Position numbers and translations under genes: made by a program. The notes beneath the pieces are model-generated. The model was not told the DNA's origin and did no database searches. It worked only from the letters and a program-made list of their open reading frames with translations. Below are positions 1 to 10,174 of a stretch of 64,000 nucleotides of DNA, piece after piece; position 1 is the stretch's first letter, and the number at the start of each line of letters is the position of its first letter. The stretch comes from Candidatus Kapaibacterium sp. (GTDB lineage: Bacteria > Bacteroidota > Ignavibacteria > Palsa-1295): positions 64,740 to 128,739 of the forward strand of contig DASQGZ010000048.1 of NCBI GenBank assembly GCA_035632315.1, written 5' to 3'.

Positions 1-710
1 CTTCTTCAAGTATTTTTTTTCTCCATATTTTCATTCCTCCGGCGCCAAGCAACAGTGGTTCATAGATGAATGCCGCGATATTGCGATCCGACGAACAATG
101 CTTCATCAGCGCGTCCAAAAATTTCTGCTCGTCATCCGAGAATTGTTCCGAATCATACTCCGGCGGAGTCGGGAACGGCAGATGGATCACATCGAAGAGC
201 ATCGGAGTAAATGCATCGGTAAATGTGCTGCGACTGCTTGCCGACATTGCCCCGAATGTGTCACCGTGATAGGAATGTTCGAGAGCGAGAAATGTCGTTC
301 GGGTTTCGCCGCGCAATTTCCAGTATTGCACTGACATTTTCAATGCAACCTCGACCGCCGTCGAACCGTCGTCGCTGAAAAAAACTTTTGTGAGTCCGTT
401 CGGCGTTCGTTCGATCAGTTTTTTTGCAAGCACCGATGCAGACTCGTGTGTAAAACCGGCAAAGATAACTTGCTCGAGTTTTGACGCTTGCTTTGCGATC
501 GCCTCGGCAATATACGGATGAGAATGTCCGTGCAGTGTCACCCACCATGAGGAGATCCCGTCAAAGATTTTTTTGCCATCCGCAAGAGTCAGATACGAAC
601 CGCTGGCACGTTCAACGCCCGGCACCTGCGGCGATAAGTGCATCTGCGTATATGGATGCCAAATGTATTCTGCATCCCATGACTCCCACGTATTTTTTTT
701 TTGCGGACAT
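1..710 (-). CDS. bioA: Adenosylmethionine-8-amino-7-oxononanoate aminotransferase (BioA), N-terminal ~230 aa. The gene runs off the window start. The start region contains an A10 run that puts ATG 710-708 out of frame with the BioA body.
   Basis: Manual minus-strand translation gives WESWDAEYIWHPYTQM...SWWVTLHGHSHPYIAEAI...YHGDTFGAMS, which aligns with E. coli BioA. It immediately follows the bioD stop (TGAtcaATG). It is not in the ORF track because of the frameshift and the window edge. Confidence 0.8.
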
Positions 711-713
711 TGA

Positions 714-1352
714 TCAGCTATTCTTTAATATATGTTGACGAAACGTATTGAAGTGTTCGTCATAAACCTGTTTTAATATTGTTTTATCAATCCTGCCAAG
801 CAGCGGAATGCGCCCGAGAATTTTTGTTTTCCCATGCGTCGCAATTGCCGTTTCATTTTGCGAATTTATTTCGCCTATCGTTACGCAGCCAGCAACTTCA
901 ATATTTCTCTTTCTGAGCGCTTCAAGTGTCAATAGCGTATGGTTGATCGTTCCGAGAGAAGACCGGGTTGCGATCACAACCGGGATCTGCCACATTGCAA
1001 TAACATCAACCTGAAGCACATTGTCGTTCATCGGCACAAGAACACCTCCTGCCGCTTCAATGATGAGGTCGCGTTCGGCCGGAAGGCCAAGTTTATTTTC
1101 ATCTATTGTTATGCCGTCGAGTCGGGCGGATAAATGCGGTGAGAGGGGCTGTTGAAGTTTATACACTTCAGCAATGATCCGGTTAGAACTACATTCGCTC
1201 AGACGACGAACCGTTTCGGGATCTGTCTCATCCTCCAAGCCGGACTGAACAGGCTTCCAATAATAAAGTGATTCAATCGAAGACATGAACAGTGCAGAGA
1301 GAATCGTTTTCCCAACACTTGTGTCCGTTCCAGCAATGACAATTCGCTGCAT
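714..1352 (-). CDS. bioD: ATP-dependent dethiobiotin synthetase
   Basis: 212 aa with the N-terminal P-loop GTDTSVGKT typical of BioD. It sits in the bio operon. Confidence 0.9.
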   Translation of the reverse strand: MQRIVIAGTDTSVGKTILSALFMSSIESLYYWKPVQSGLEDETDPETVRRLSECSSNRIIAEVYKLQQPLSPHLSARLDGITIDENKLGLPAERDLIIEAAGGVLVPMNDNVLQVDVIAMWQIPVVIATRSSLGTINHTLLTLEALRKRNIEVAGCVTIGEINSQNETAIATHGKTKILGRIPLLGRIDKTILKQVYDEHFNTFRQHILKNS

Positions 1353-2509
1353 CAGTCAATGAATTGTTTCTCGATCTCGATCAAGGAATTGCACAATAAT
1401 TCCAGCTCGGCTTGTGCATGAAGTGCATTGACAGTCAGTCGGAATCGCGAGGTGCCTTCAGCGACGGTCGGCGGACGAATAGGACGAACATCGACACCTC
1501 GTTCGGCAAGTGCATCAGCAACCCGACACGCCTCAGCATCCGCTCCAATAATGAGTGAAATGATCGGCGACCTGCCGTCATGTATCTTCCATCGTTTTAA
1601 ATTGCCTTGTAATGTTTTTCTGACAAACCCGGCATTCGAGAATACACGGTCACGAAGTTCGGGATGAGCGGTGATCTCATTCAATACTTCCGATATTTGC
1701 ATCGGAATAACCGGCGGAAGCGCTGTCGTAAAGATCATCGTACGCGCACGATTGATGAGATAACTTTTTACCGTCTCGGAGGAACACACAAACGCGCCTG
1801 CACCGGCGAGCGCTTTGCCACACGGATGAATGCTGAGATATACATGATCTCGAACTCCATTTTCGTCAATTAGCCCCCTGCCGTTCGTACCGAAGAGACC
1901 GGTTGCGTGAGCTTCATCGACAATAAGAATGAACCCATTCTCGCTGCAGAACGAAGCGATCTCTTTGATCGGCGCTTCATCGCCGTCCATCGAATATAAA
2001 CTTTCGATCACGACAAATACATCGCCTGCTCTTGTCATGGAAGATGCAGAAGCGTTCAATGATTCGAGCGAATTATGTTCGAAGCTTTTCTTCGATGCGA
2101 AGCTTGCATGAATGCCTTCGCGAAGGCTTGCATGAACACGTTCGTCAAAAAGAATCACATCGTGTCGCGTCGGCAGCGCCGTCAGCACCGCCATATTTGC
2201 TGCGTAACCGGACGTAAAATACAATGCTGCTTCGGCAGCTTCGAATTTCCTGAAATCTTCTTCGACTTGTTCGTGCCAAGTGTGATTTCCCCGAAGAAGC
2301 CGTGACCCTCCGGCGCCCAACGGAATGCTGCTCTCCGAAATTTTTCGTGCAATTCGTTCGCGGATCTCACCGCTATAGGTCAGTCCAAGATAATCGTTCG
2401 AAGTGAAATCGATCCCGCGTGGAAGCAGAAGCGTCCGCTTGCGTTTTTTTTCTTCGAGCGATGCAAGTTCGTTCTGCAATCGCATCTCTATCTTCGGCAC
2501 GATCGGCAT
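1352..2509 (-). CDS. bioF: 8-amino-7-oxononanoate synthase (PLP-dependent class II aminotransferase fold)
   Basis: 385 aa with SNDYLGL and SMDGD motifs like E. coli BioF. Its stop overlaps the bioD start. Confidence 0.85.
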   Translation of the reverse strand: MPIVPKIEMRLQNELASLEEKKRKRTLLLPRGIDFTSNDYLGLTYSGEIRERIARKISESSIPLGAGGSRLLRGNHTWHEQVEEDFRKFEAAEAALYFTSGYAANMAVLTALPTRHDVILFDERVHASLREGIHASFASKKSFEHNSLESLNASASSMTRAGDVFVVIESLYSMDGDEAPIKEIASFCSENGFILIVDEAHATGLFGTNGRGLIDENGVRDHVYLSIHPCGKALAGAGAFVCSSETVKSYLINRARTMIFTTALPPVIPMQISEVLNEITAHPELRDRVFSNAGFVRKTLQGNLKRWKIHDGRSPIISLIIGADAEACRVADALAERGVDVRPIRPPTVAEGTSRFRLTVNALHAQAELELLCNSLIEIEKQFID

Positions 2510-2513
2510 TGTC

Positions 2514-3476
2514 TTATGCCGTCACAGACATTTCCATTGCGAACGGAGCGGCCGCTTCGACGCCAAGTTTTTCGAGCAGCGATATATCCTCATTGAACGA
2601 TGGGTTCGGCGTCGTCAGCAATGTATCGCCGGTAAAAATAGAATTCGCACCCGCAAGAAATGCAAGTGTTTGAGCTTCTTTCGATAGTGACAACCTCCCG
2701 GCGCTCAGCCGCACACGAGACTTCGGCATCAAGATTCTGGCACAGGCAATGACGCGGATAAAATCGAATGGATCGAGCGGCGGAGCATCCGCTAGCGGTG
2801 TTCCGTCAACAGGAACGAGTGCATTGATCGGAACACTTTCCGGTTGAGGGTCGAAATTCGCAAGCGTATGTAAAAAAGCGACCCTGTCATCATCTGTTTC
2901 TCCCATTCCGAGAATGCCGCCGCAGCAAACAGAGATACCGCTCTCCTGAACGTTGCGCAGCGTATCGAGACGGTCCTGATATTCTCTGGTATGGATGATA
3001 GACCCATAAAAACTTTCTGAAGTATCGAGATTATGATTATATGCCGTCAGCCCTGCATCTTTCAAACGTTCGGCTTGTGGTTTGGTCACCATACCGAGTG
3101 TCGTACAAACTTCAAGACCGAGGCTTCGCACACCGCGCACCATTTGGAGCACGTTGTCGAAATCGCGACCGTCACGAACTTCGCGCCACGCAGCGCCCAT
3201 ACAAAAACGAGTTGCGCCGGCATCTTTCGCTCGTCTTGCAGTGCTCACGACTTCATCGACATCCAGCAGTTTCTCTGCTTCAACACCCGTATGATACCGA
3301 GCCGCTTGCGGACAGTATGCGCAATCCTCCGGACAGCCACCTGTTTTTACCGAGAGGAGCGTGCATAGTTGTATATCATCATATTGGTGATATGTTCGGT
3401 GTATAGCGCTCGCCTCTGACACTAATTTCAAAAAAGGGGTCTCGTAAAGCGAGCGAACTTCTTGTAATGAGATCAT
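2514..3476 (-). CDS. bioB: Biotin synthase (radical SAM)
   Basis: 320 aa with the CPEDCAYCPQ radical-SAM cysteine motif and overall BioB similarity. Confidence 0.9.
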   Translation of the reverse strand: MISLQEVRSLYETPFLKLVSEASAIHRTYHQYDDIQLCTLLSVKTGGCPEDCAYCPQAARYHTGVEAEKLLDVDEVVSTARRAKDAGATRFCMGAAWREVRDGRDFDNVLQMVRGVRSLGLEVCTTLGMVTKPQAERLKDAGLTAYNHNLDTSESFYGSIIHTREYQDRLDTLRNVQESGISVCCGGILGMGETDDDRVAFLHTLANFDPQPESVPINALVPVDGTPLADAPPLDPFDFIRVIACARILMPKSRVRLSAGRLSLSKEAQTLAFLAGANSIFTGDTLLTTPNPSFNEDISLLEKLGVEAAAPFAMEMSVTA

Positions 3477-3551
3477 ATAAAAACAGCGATTAATTTTCTT
3501 TTTAATACGATATCGGCTCTTTAAACATAAGTTATCTGTAATCGTTTTATA

Positions 3552-3914
3552 TCATTCTACCTCGACTTCAACCATCCCTTCGTCAATTCTGACCGGATAA
3601 ATTGGAATGCGCGGGCCGGTTCCGGGCCATGTGAGTGCTCCCGTCCGAAGCGAGAACACCCATGAATGCTCCGGGCATGTGATTTCATCATCAAAGACAT
3701 AACCATGTTCCATCGAAGTCCCTTGATGCGGGCAGATCGCTCCGCAGGAAAAGAGTTCAGACCCAGAGCGCATCACAAGTATCTGTTTGCCCGCGATGCT
3801 GCGGCATACGATCGACCCATTTGCCAATTCTTCATTTTTGACGATCTTCGTCCACATTCGTATATTTGTACTATTATAAACTGCAAAAATACCGCTCTCT
3901 AAGAGAAAGGACAC
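3552..3914 (-). CDS. Small Rieske [2Fe-2S] domain protein (NirD or Rieske-ferredoxin like)
   Basis: 120 aa with CPHQG...(16 aa)...CPEHSW, which is the CXH-X16-CXXH Rieske motif. Confidence 0.75.
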   Translation of the reverse strand: MSFLLESGIFAVYNSTNIRMWTKIVKNEELANGSIVCRSIAGKQILVMRSGSELFSCGAICPHQGTSMEHGYVFDDEITCPEHSWVFSLRTGALTWPGTGPRIPIYPVRIDEGMVEVEVE

Positions 3915-3942
3915 AATAGCTGCATCATTTGAGAACGGTATT

Positions 3943-5256
3943 GTGGATTTATATACTCATTCATCAATCAATCCCACTATGAAAAAAATCTTAAAGATCG
4001 TTGGTATCATTGTCGGTGCCATTGTTCTGCTTGTTGCAGGATTTATTGGTTTTCTCAAGGTAGCCGGGATGCCAAGTTTTAGCAATGTGAAGCGGCCCGA
4101 CGTTCATGTCGAGGTTACGCCAGTACGTGTCGAGCGGGGTCGCAAGATCATGGGTATGCTCTGTTATAATTGCCACTATAATGCAGCAACGAATAAGCTG
4201 AGCGGACATTTTCTCAATGAATCGCCGCCGGTCTTTGGGAAGATCTATTCCCACAATATCACGAGCGATAAAACGAACGGTATCGGAGGCTGGACAGACG
4301 GAGAAATTTTATACTTCCTGAGAACAGGTATTCATAAAAATAACGAATACGTCCCGCCATATATGCCGAAGTTTCCGCACATGGCAGAAGAAGATATTCA
4401 ATCGCTCGTAGCATATTTACGTTCGAATGACTCTCTTGTCGCACCGAGTACAGCACCCGATACTGCAGAAGAGCCCTCGTTGCTTGCTCTGTTTCTCGGA
4501 CGATTTGTTTTTAAGCCGTATTCGTATCCGACAGAAAATATTCCGTTACCTCCTGCCGGCAACTCCGTTGCTGTCGGGAAATATTGGGCGGCCAGTGTAC
4601 TTGATTGTTATCAGTGCCACAGTGCCGATTTTAAAACGAACGATGGTTTGAATCCGGAAAAATCAGTCGGATTTTTCGGCGGCGGCAACGAACTAACCGA
4701 TCCGATAGGTAAACCTGTCTTTTCAAGAAATATCACACCTGATATGGAACACGGTATCGGCAAGTGGACGCCGGGTATGTTCTTGCGTGCGCTCCGAGAC
4801 GGTCTTCGTCCGGATAATACGGCACTTCGTTACCCAATGGCACGCTTCCCGGAGCTCAGCGATTCTGAGATCGTTGCGATCTATGATTATTTACGAACCG
4901 TCCCGTCGCTTTCGACACCAAACAAGCAAAGTGCGGATTACAAATACGCAAATGCGAACCCCTCTGACGGTGAAAAAGTCTATTATAAATATGCGTGCTA
5001 TGCCTGTCACGGGCAGAACGGAATTGGGATGTGTGACCTGACGCATGCGTGTGATAAATATCATAGCGATGAAGAACTGACTAATTGGATCAAGAATCCG
5101 TCGAAGATCATCCCCGGCACGAAGATGCCGACGTGGGAAGGCACGATCCGCGAAGAAGAATTCGCGCCGCTGGTGCAATATGTCCGCCAACTCGGACATG
5201 AGACCCAAGCGAAGTTAAAAGAGAACAGCCAAAAAACAACGGCTTCTCTTAAGTAA
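3943..5256 (+). CDS. Membrane-anchored tri-heme c-type cytochrome
   Basis: 437 aa with an N-terminal TM helix and three CXXCH motifs (CYNCH, CYQCH, CYACH). Confidence 0.8.
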   Translation: MDLYTHSSINPTMKKILKIVGIIVGAIVLLVAGFIGFLKVAGMPSFSNVKRPDVHVEVTPVRVERGRKIMGMLCYNCHYNAATNKLSGHFLNESPPVFGKIYSHNITSDKTNGIGGWTDGEILYFLRTGIHKNNEYVPPYMPKFPHMAEEDIQSLVAYLRSNDSLVAPSTAPDTAEEPSLLALFLGRFVFKPYSYPTENIPLPPAGNSVAVGKYWAASVLDCYQCHSADFKTNDGLNPEKSVGFFGGGNELTDPIGKPVFSRNITPDMEHGIGKWTPGMFLRALRDGLRPDNTALRYPMARFPELSDSEIVAIYDYLRTVPSLSTPNKQSADYKYANANPSDGEKVYYKYACYACHGQNGIGMCDLTHACDKYHSDEELTNWIKNPSKIIPGTKMPTWEGTIREEEFAPLVQYVRQLGHETQAKLKENSQKTTASLK

Positions 5257-5279
5257 TCGCCATTATAACTTATGATGCC

Positions 5280-5314
5280 AATGGCGGGCCCGGAAAGACC
5301 CGCCGTTTTTTGTT
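5280..5314 (+). terminator. Rho-independent terminator after the cytochrome gene
   Basis: GGCGGGCCCGGAAAGACCCGCC hairpin followed by GTTTTTT. Confidence 0.5.
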
Positions 5315-5386
5315 GCACGTTTTTTTCCCATTCGTTGTATTATCTTTTTGTGTTGGGCGACGCTCTCCGCCGTCCGATAATCTGTT

Positions 5387-7270
5387 GTGTTGTCACGGAA
5401 ACGTTCTTGTTCTATGGATACGATCAATCTGGTAAAACGAATTGCGTGCTTTGTTGTTGTCGCAATTGTCTCGCTGCATTCTGCTCTTCATGCCGAAACA
5501 ACGTATAACCCTGGTAATTATGTCGTCAAAGATATTTGGGTCGACCCGTCGAATGGAGCTGATTCATACGACGGCTCAACCAGGGCAAAGGCCGTCAGAG
5601 ACATTAATACTGCCTGGGGCTTGATCCAGCAATTACAAATAACGACGACAGGCTATCGCATCATGCTCGTTGCCGGAATGTATTCTGCCGATTCGACACC
5701 AAACTTTCAATCTCTCGCGGCAACATTCAAATACCCGGTCATTATTCAAGCCGCGGACGGTAACGGCACTGCTTCGCTGCCGAGGATCACGGTGATCGGT
5801 TGCAGTTACCTGTATTTTATCGGCGTTAACATCCGAACTGTTTTTGGCGGTGATGCTTTCGGCGCGACAACAAGCGACCACTTGCTTCTGAGTAATTGCG
5901 GGATCGACGGCCTTAACAGTGATACTACAGGTTCCGAATCGCAAAATGCTGTCAGTTTCACTACCTGCCAGTATTGCTATATTGAAGATTGTACCATCAA
6001 GCATTCAACAAATGCGCTTGCATATTTCAGCGCGTGTCAATACGGACATATTCTACACTCAACTCTCGACTCGACTGCCGGAACAGGTATTTATGCCGGA
6101 AGCGGCTCAGCATATTTATACTTTGAACGCAATATGCTCCGTAATGCTGCCGGCAGAGGCTTTCTACTCGGCGGCACAAGTTACCTCGATTATGATTTTA
6201 TTACGCCCTGGCTGCATTACGATACCTACGATATCAAGATCGACAACAACATCATTGCCAACACACAAAAAGAAGCATTTTTGGTCAATGGCAGTTACGA
6301 TGCGCTCATTGCGTATAATACTTTTTATAAGACCGGCGATTCCGCTGCGACAATGTTTATCGTCGGGTTAGGAAACCGGACGTGCAATTACGATCAATTG
6401 AAATGTAAAACATTTCTCGACAGCGGCGCCTGGGGTACGGTACATATTTACCAGACTGATGACGATGCGGCATGGATACCGAATAAACACCTCTATATAT
6501 ATAATAATATCTTTTATAATCCTACCGGATCGCAAACGTCTTACGGCGAGCTTTCCGTCTGGGGTTCTCGTAAAGCGTTGAGCCATGCGTCGTGCCCCAA
6601 GCCAGCGTATGCTGACGACGATATGGAGTTCAAAGGCAATGTCATTTTCAATGGCGTGCTTTCAAAACCGTTGGGGCTTTCCGATACTTCCGGGTGCCAG
6701 GATTCGAATCTTACGTGCAATAAAAATCTGATCATTACGGAAAATTCTTTGAATATCCAAGAGCCTGATCTCGTCGGTGCGAGTAATGGCGACTTGCATC
6801 CGAAACCGGGCAGTTTTTTATTCAGTACAAAATTATTCGCGATCCCTAACTTTATCTGGACCGATCTGCCCGGTCGGCCGATAGAACCACAAGGCGATCT
6901 CTCAAATGCGATCACCATAGATTTCGACGGTAAGATCCGCAGTTCCGGCTCCGACGCTCCCGGTAGTTTCAAAAGCTCGACGGCATCGGTTCACCAAACA
7001 TCGCCTGCCGATTTTTCTGTCGGCGATCCTGTCCCGAATCCGGCATCCGATCACGCGGACATTTCGTTTTTGCTCACCGGCCGCGCTCTCGTTCGGGCCA
7101 GTGTTCACGATCTGCTCGGCAGAGAGATCGAACTCATTGCGAACGAATCATTCGAGCAAGGTATGTATCATCTGCCAATTTCAATAGCGAACCTTGCAAC
7201 TGGCGCATATTATATTTGCGTATCTGCCGAAGGGACAACGATCACTAAGGCTTTTTCCGTGATTCGATAA
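5387..7270 (+). CDS. T9SS-secreted right-handed parallel beta-helix (pectin-lyase fold) protein. The likely true start is the Met at 5414.
   Basis: Signal peptide MDTINLVKRIACFVVVAIVSLHSALHA and PbH1-like repeats. The C-terminal ~80 aa resemble a T9SS sorting domain (FPNPASDH...YICVSAEG...KAFSVIR). Confidence 0.7.
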   Translation: MLSRKRSCSMDTINLVKRIACFVVVAIVSLHSALHAETTYNPGNYVVKDIWVDPSNGADSYDGSTRAKAVRDINTAWGLIQQLQITTTGYRIMLVAGMYSADSTPNFQSLAATFKYPVIIQAADGNGTASLPRITVIGCSYLYFIGVNIRTVFGGDAFGATTSDHLLLSNCGIDGLNSDTTGSESQNAVSFTTCQYCYIEDCTIKHSTNALAYFSACQYGHILHSTLDSTAGTGIYAGSGSAYLYFERNMLRNAAGRGFLLGGTSYLDYDFITPWLHYDTYDIKIDNNIIANTQKEAFLVNGSYDALIAYNTFYKTGDSAATMFIVGLGNRTCNYDQLKCKTFLDSGAWGTVHIYQTDDDAAWIPNKHLYIYNNIFYNPTGSQTSYGELSVWGSRKALSHASCPKPAYADDDMEFKGNVIFNGVLSKPLGLSDTSGCQDSNLTCNKNLIITENSLNIQEPDLVGASNGDLHPKPGSFLFSTKLFAIPNFIWTDLPGRPIEPQGDLSNAITIDFDGKIRSSGSDAPGSFKSSTASVHQTSPADFSVGDPVPNPASDHADISFLLTGRALVRASVHDLLGREIELIANESFEQGMYHLPISIANLATGAYYICVSAEGTTITKAFSVIR

Positions 7271-7342
7271 CACCGAATCTGGCTTACGATTAGAACTTAC
7301 GGTTCGCACGAAAATTTTGCGACTATGTTGTAGTATTGCGTT

Positions 7343-8143
7343 ATGAAAACGGTGATAATAGCGGTGTTTGTCTTTGCGGTCTCCGCGCATGCTCAAATGT
7401 ATCAGGGTAAGCAGGTATCGAACATTTCCTTAGTTTCAGGGGCTGTTAAGCCCGGCAAGCCGTTCACGCTCGGCATTCATATTCTGATGGAATCTGGCTG
7501 GCATACATATTGGAAGACACCGGGTGATGCCGGTGCGGCACCTGTTGCCGAGATCATTGGTGCACCGGATCTTACCGCCGGAGAACTGCGCTACCCGACA
7601 CCACATAAGATGATTTCGAGCGACATTGTGACGTATGGTTACGACGAAGAAGTCGTTTTCCTGCTGCCGGTACGCCCGAATAATGCAAACGCACCACACC
7701 GCTTCAAATTAAAACTGAACTGGCTCGTTTGCAAAGAAGTGTGTCTGCCGGCAGAGGCGATCCTTGAATTCAATATCGATTCGCTCAATGCCGACAGCAT
7801 CAAAGAAAATCAGCGGCTGCTCGACAGGTGGACGGCAAGATTGCCGCAGCCCGGAGCGGGTTTCAATCTCGACCATGCCGGAGCGCTGGCAACTGTTACA
7901 AAAGACAGCGCGATCAATCTGTTTGTTAAATTCTTCGATGTCGCACCGAATACCATTACTGATTTTTTTCCCATCGACCAGGAAGATTTTGTCATCAATT
8001 ACAACAGCATCGCTGCAACGCGCGACGGCATTTCAATGACGCTCACACCGGGACGTAAAGGGGCCGAACTCAAACAGATTGCCGGTGTCGTTCTGATCGG
8101 CACGACGGGATACGAAGTGAATGTGCCGGTGACGAAACAATGA
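7343..8143 (+). CDS. Secreted DsbD N-terminal (alpha) domain-containing protein (ScsB or DsbD-alpha like)
   Basis: Signal peptide plus the HTYW and WLVCKEVCLP motifs characteristic of the DsbD N-terminal domain. Confidence 0.65.
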   Translation: MKTVIIAVFVFAVSAHAQMYQGKQVSNISLVSGAVKPGKPFTLGIHILMESGWHTYWKTPGDAGAAPVAEIIGAPDLTAGELRYPTPHKMISSDIVTYGYDEEVVFLLPVRPNNANAPHRFKLKLNWLVCKEVCLPAEAILEFNIDSLNADSIKENQRLLDRWTARLPQPGAGFNLDHAGALATVTKDSAINLFVKFFDVAPNTITDFFPIDQEDFVINYNSIAATRDGISMTLTPGRKGAELKQIAGVVLIGTTGYEVNVPVTKQ

Positions 8144-8144
8144 A

Positions 8145-8795
8145 TTGCACTATTTCGTATTTTATCCGGTGCCACCTGAACAATGCTATTATATGTATAT
8201 GAAATTTCTTATTATTCTTTTTTTTGTGATGTCAATTACGTCAATGACCTCTGCACACCCCATCGAGATCGGCAAATCGGCCCCCAATTTCACATTGCCC
8301 GACCTCGACGGCAAACCCGTCAAGCTTTCCGACTTCAAAGGCAAGATCGTCGTGCTTGAATGGATCAACGAAGGCTGTCCGTTCTCCCGCGGACATTATG
8401 AATCGGGCAATATGCAATCGCTGCAAAAAACGTACACATCGAAAGGCGTCATTTGGCTGACGATCAACTCGACTCGTCCCGATCATCCGGAAGCGTTCAA
8501 TTCCGCGAAGAGTAAACAAGTGCTCACCGAATGGAAATCGAATGCAACGACAAACCTAATGGATGAAGACCGTACAGTCGGGCATCTTTACGATGCAAAA
8601 ACAACGCCGCATATGTTCGTTATCGACGCAAACGGAATCGTTCGTTACCAAGGTGCGATCGACGATCATCGCGGCACTGACGGCGGAAAAAATGCACACG
8701 TCAACTATGTTCAAGAAGCGCTCGACGATATTCTTGCCGGGAAAGAAGTCACGGTCACGACAACAACACCGTACGGTTGTTCGGTGAAATATTAA
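8145..8795 (+). CDS. Secreted thioredoxin-fold redoxin family protein. The likely start is the Met at 8199.
   Basis: Signal peptide MKFLIILFFVMSITSMTSA and a thioredoxin-like region with a GCPF redox motif. The gap to the upstream DsbD-alpha gene is 1 nt. Confidence 0.6.
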   Translation: MHYFVFYPVPPEQCYYMYMKFLIILFFVMSITSMTSAHPIEIGKSAPNFTLPDLDGKPVKLSDFKGKIVVLEWINEGCPFSRGHYESGNMQSLQKTYTSKGVIWLTINSTRPDHPEAFNSAKSKQVLTEWKSNATTNLMDEDRTVGHLYDAKTTPHMFVIDANGIVRYQGAIDDHRGTDGGKNAHVNYVQEALDDILAGKEVTVTTTTPYGCSVKY

Positions 8796-8798
8796 AAC

Positions 8799-9506
8799 GT
8801 GGCTGAGCTTATCCTGCATCCTATTGGCGTGATTCGCACGCCGTTCATCGATAAATATGCAGCACCGCGACAGCCGGGGACAGATGGTGAGAGCGCTGTC
8901 GGAAAAGTAGTCCTCGAAAAAGGTCACAACTTCGAGCAAGCACTTAATGATCTCAACGGTTTCGAGAAGATCTGGCTGATCTATCAATTCGACCGCAATA
9001 CGAACTGGAAGCCGAAAGTTTTGCCACCGCGAAGCGATATTAAGCGAGGAGTGTTTGCGACGCGTTCTCCGCACCGGCCAAATCCGCTCGGGTTGTCAGT
9101 CGTTACACTGCTTGAGATTCGAGGCCGTACACTGATCGTCGAAGGCGTTGATATGCTCGATAAAACGCCGCTCTTCGACATCAAGCCATATCTTTCGGCG
9201 ACTGAATCATTTCCTGAAGCACGCATGGGCTGGGCGAGTGACACTGTTGAAAAAGATAATCATCAACGTACTTTTACATACGATAAAAACGTTGTTAAGA
9301 AATTAGAAGGCCTTCCCTTCCAAGAGCAGCACCATATTCGTGCACATATCGAGAAAATGCTTCAGTTCGATATTCGTCCTCACCCGTACAAACGGATTTC
9401 GGTACTTTCCGACGGCAGTTATATGCTTGCATATAAAACTTTGCGAATAACATTTTCTATGCAAGGTACAGATTCTGTCATTATCACGGATATTCGGCCT
9501 GCTTAG
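8799..9506 (+). CDS. tsaA: tRNA (adenine37-N6)-methyltransferase TsaA/TrmO (YaeB family)
   Basis: HPIGVIRTPF...PRQPG N-terminus typical of YaeB/TsaA. Confidence 0.8.
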   Translation: MAELILHPIGVIRTPFIDKYAAPRQPGTDGESAVGKVVLEKGHNFEQALNDLNGFEKIWLIYQFDRNTNWKPKVLPPRSDIKRGVFATRSPHRPNPLGLSVVTLLEIRGRTLIVEGVDMLDKTPLFDIKPYLSATESFPEARMGWASDTVEKDNHQRTFTYDKNVVKKLEGLPFQEQHHIRAHIEKMLQFDIRPHPYKRISVLSDGSYMLAYKTLRITFSMQGTDSVIITDIRPA

Positions 9507-9630
9507 TACATTTTCGGCGTTTTTTTCGTATATTTATGTCACTGTGAAGCTGCGGAGCATTCTTTCTCGCCACCTTACAGTATGTTACTGGAACAAACCG
9601 GATAAAAACGGTGTATTATATTTCACTAAT

Positions 9631-9653
9631 ATATGGGCAACCATATAAATGAG
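9631..9653. promoter_or_regulatory. Inverted repeat TATATGG-gcaa-CCATATA just upstream of marR. It is a candidate MarR operator.
   Basis: Perfect 7-bp arms ending 3 nt before the MarR start codon. Confidence 0.3.
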
Positions 9654-9655
9654 TC

Positions 9656-10174
9656 ATGAGCACTATTCCCCATTCAGTCTCTCTGGAAACTCGCAATATT
9701 ATAAACTCGATCCGCCGCTTAGTGCAATCGATCCGAGTGGCATCGCGGGATTCCGAAAAAAAAGTAGGACTTTCAGCAGCACAACTATTTGTGCTACAGA
9801 AACTCAAAGAAGAACACGGGCTCTCACTCAACGATCTGGCAGAGCGGACACTGACGCATCAAAGCTCAGTTTCGGTCGTGATCAAACGCCTTGTCGAAAA
9901 AGACCTTGTTCGACGCGAACGTTCCGATGAGGACGGCCGCCAACTTGTGTTGGGCATAACGCCGAAAGGCCGGCGGCTTCTCGTGCGGGCGCCTCACGCG
10001 AAACAGGATTGGCTCATCACGGCGCTCGAACAGATGAAACCAGTTTCCCGCAAACGGTTCGACAGGGCGTTTACCGAACTGCTCGAACTCTCCGGGCTTG
10101 CAAAGAAAGGCTATCCGCCATTGCTGTTTGCTGAAACAGGGCCGAATAAACTACATCAAAAAAAAAATAAATGA
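9656..10174 (+). CDS. MarR family transcriptional regulator
   Basis: 172 aa winged-helix MarR pattern (LSAAQLFVLQKL...LSLNDLAERT...DGRQLVLGITPKG). Confidence 0.85.
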   Translation: MSTIPHSVSLETRNIINSIRRLVQSIRVASRDSEKKVGLSAAQLFVLQKLKEEHGLSLNDLAERTLTHQSSVSVVIKRLVEKDLVRRERSDEDGRQLVLGITPKGRRLLVRAPHAKQDWLITALEQMKPVSRKRFDRAFTELLELSGLAKKGYPPLLFAETGPNKLHQKKNK

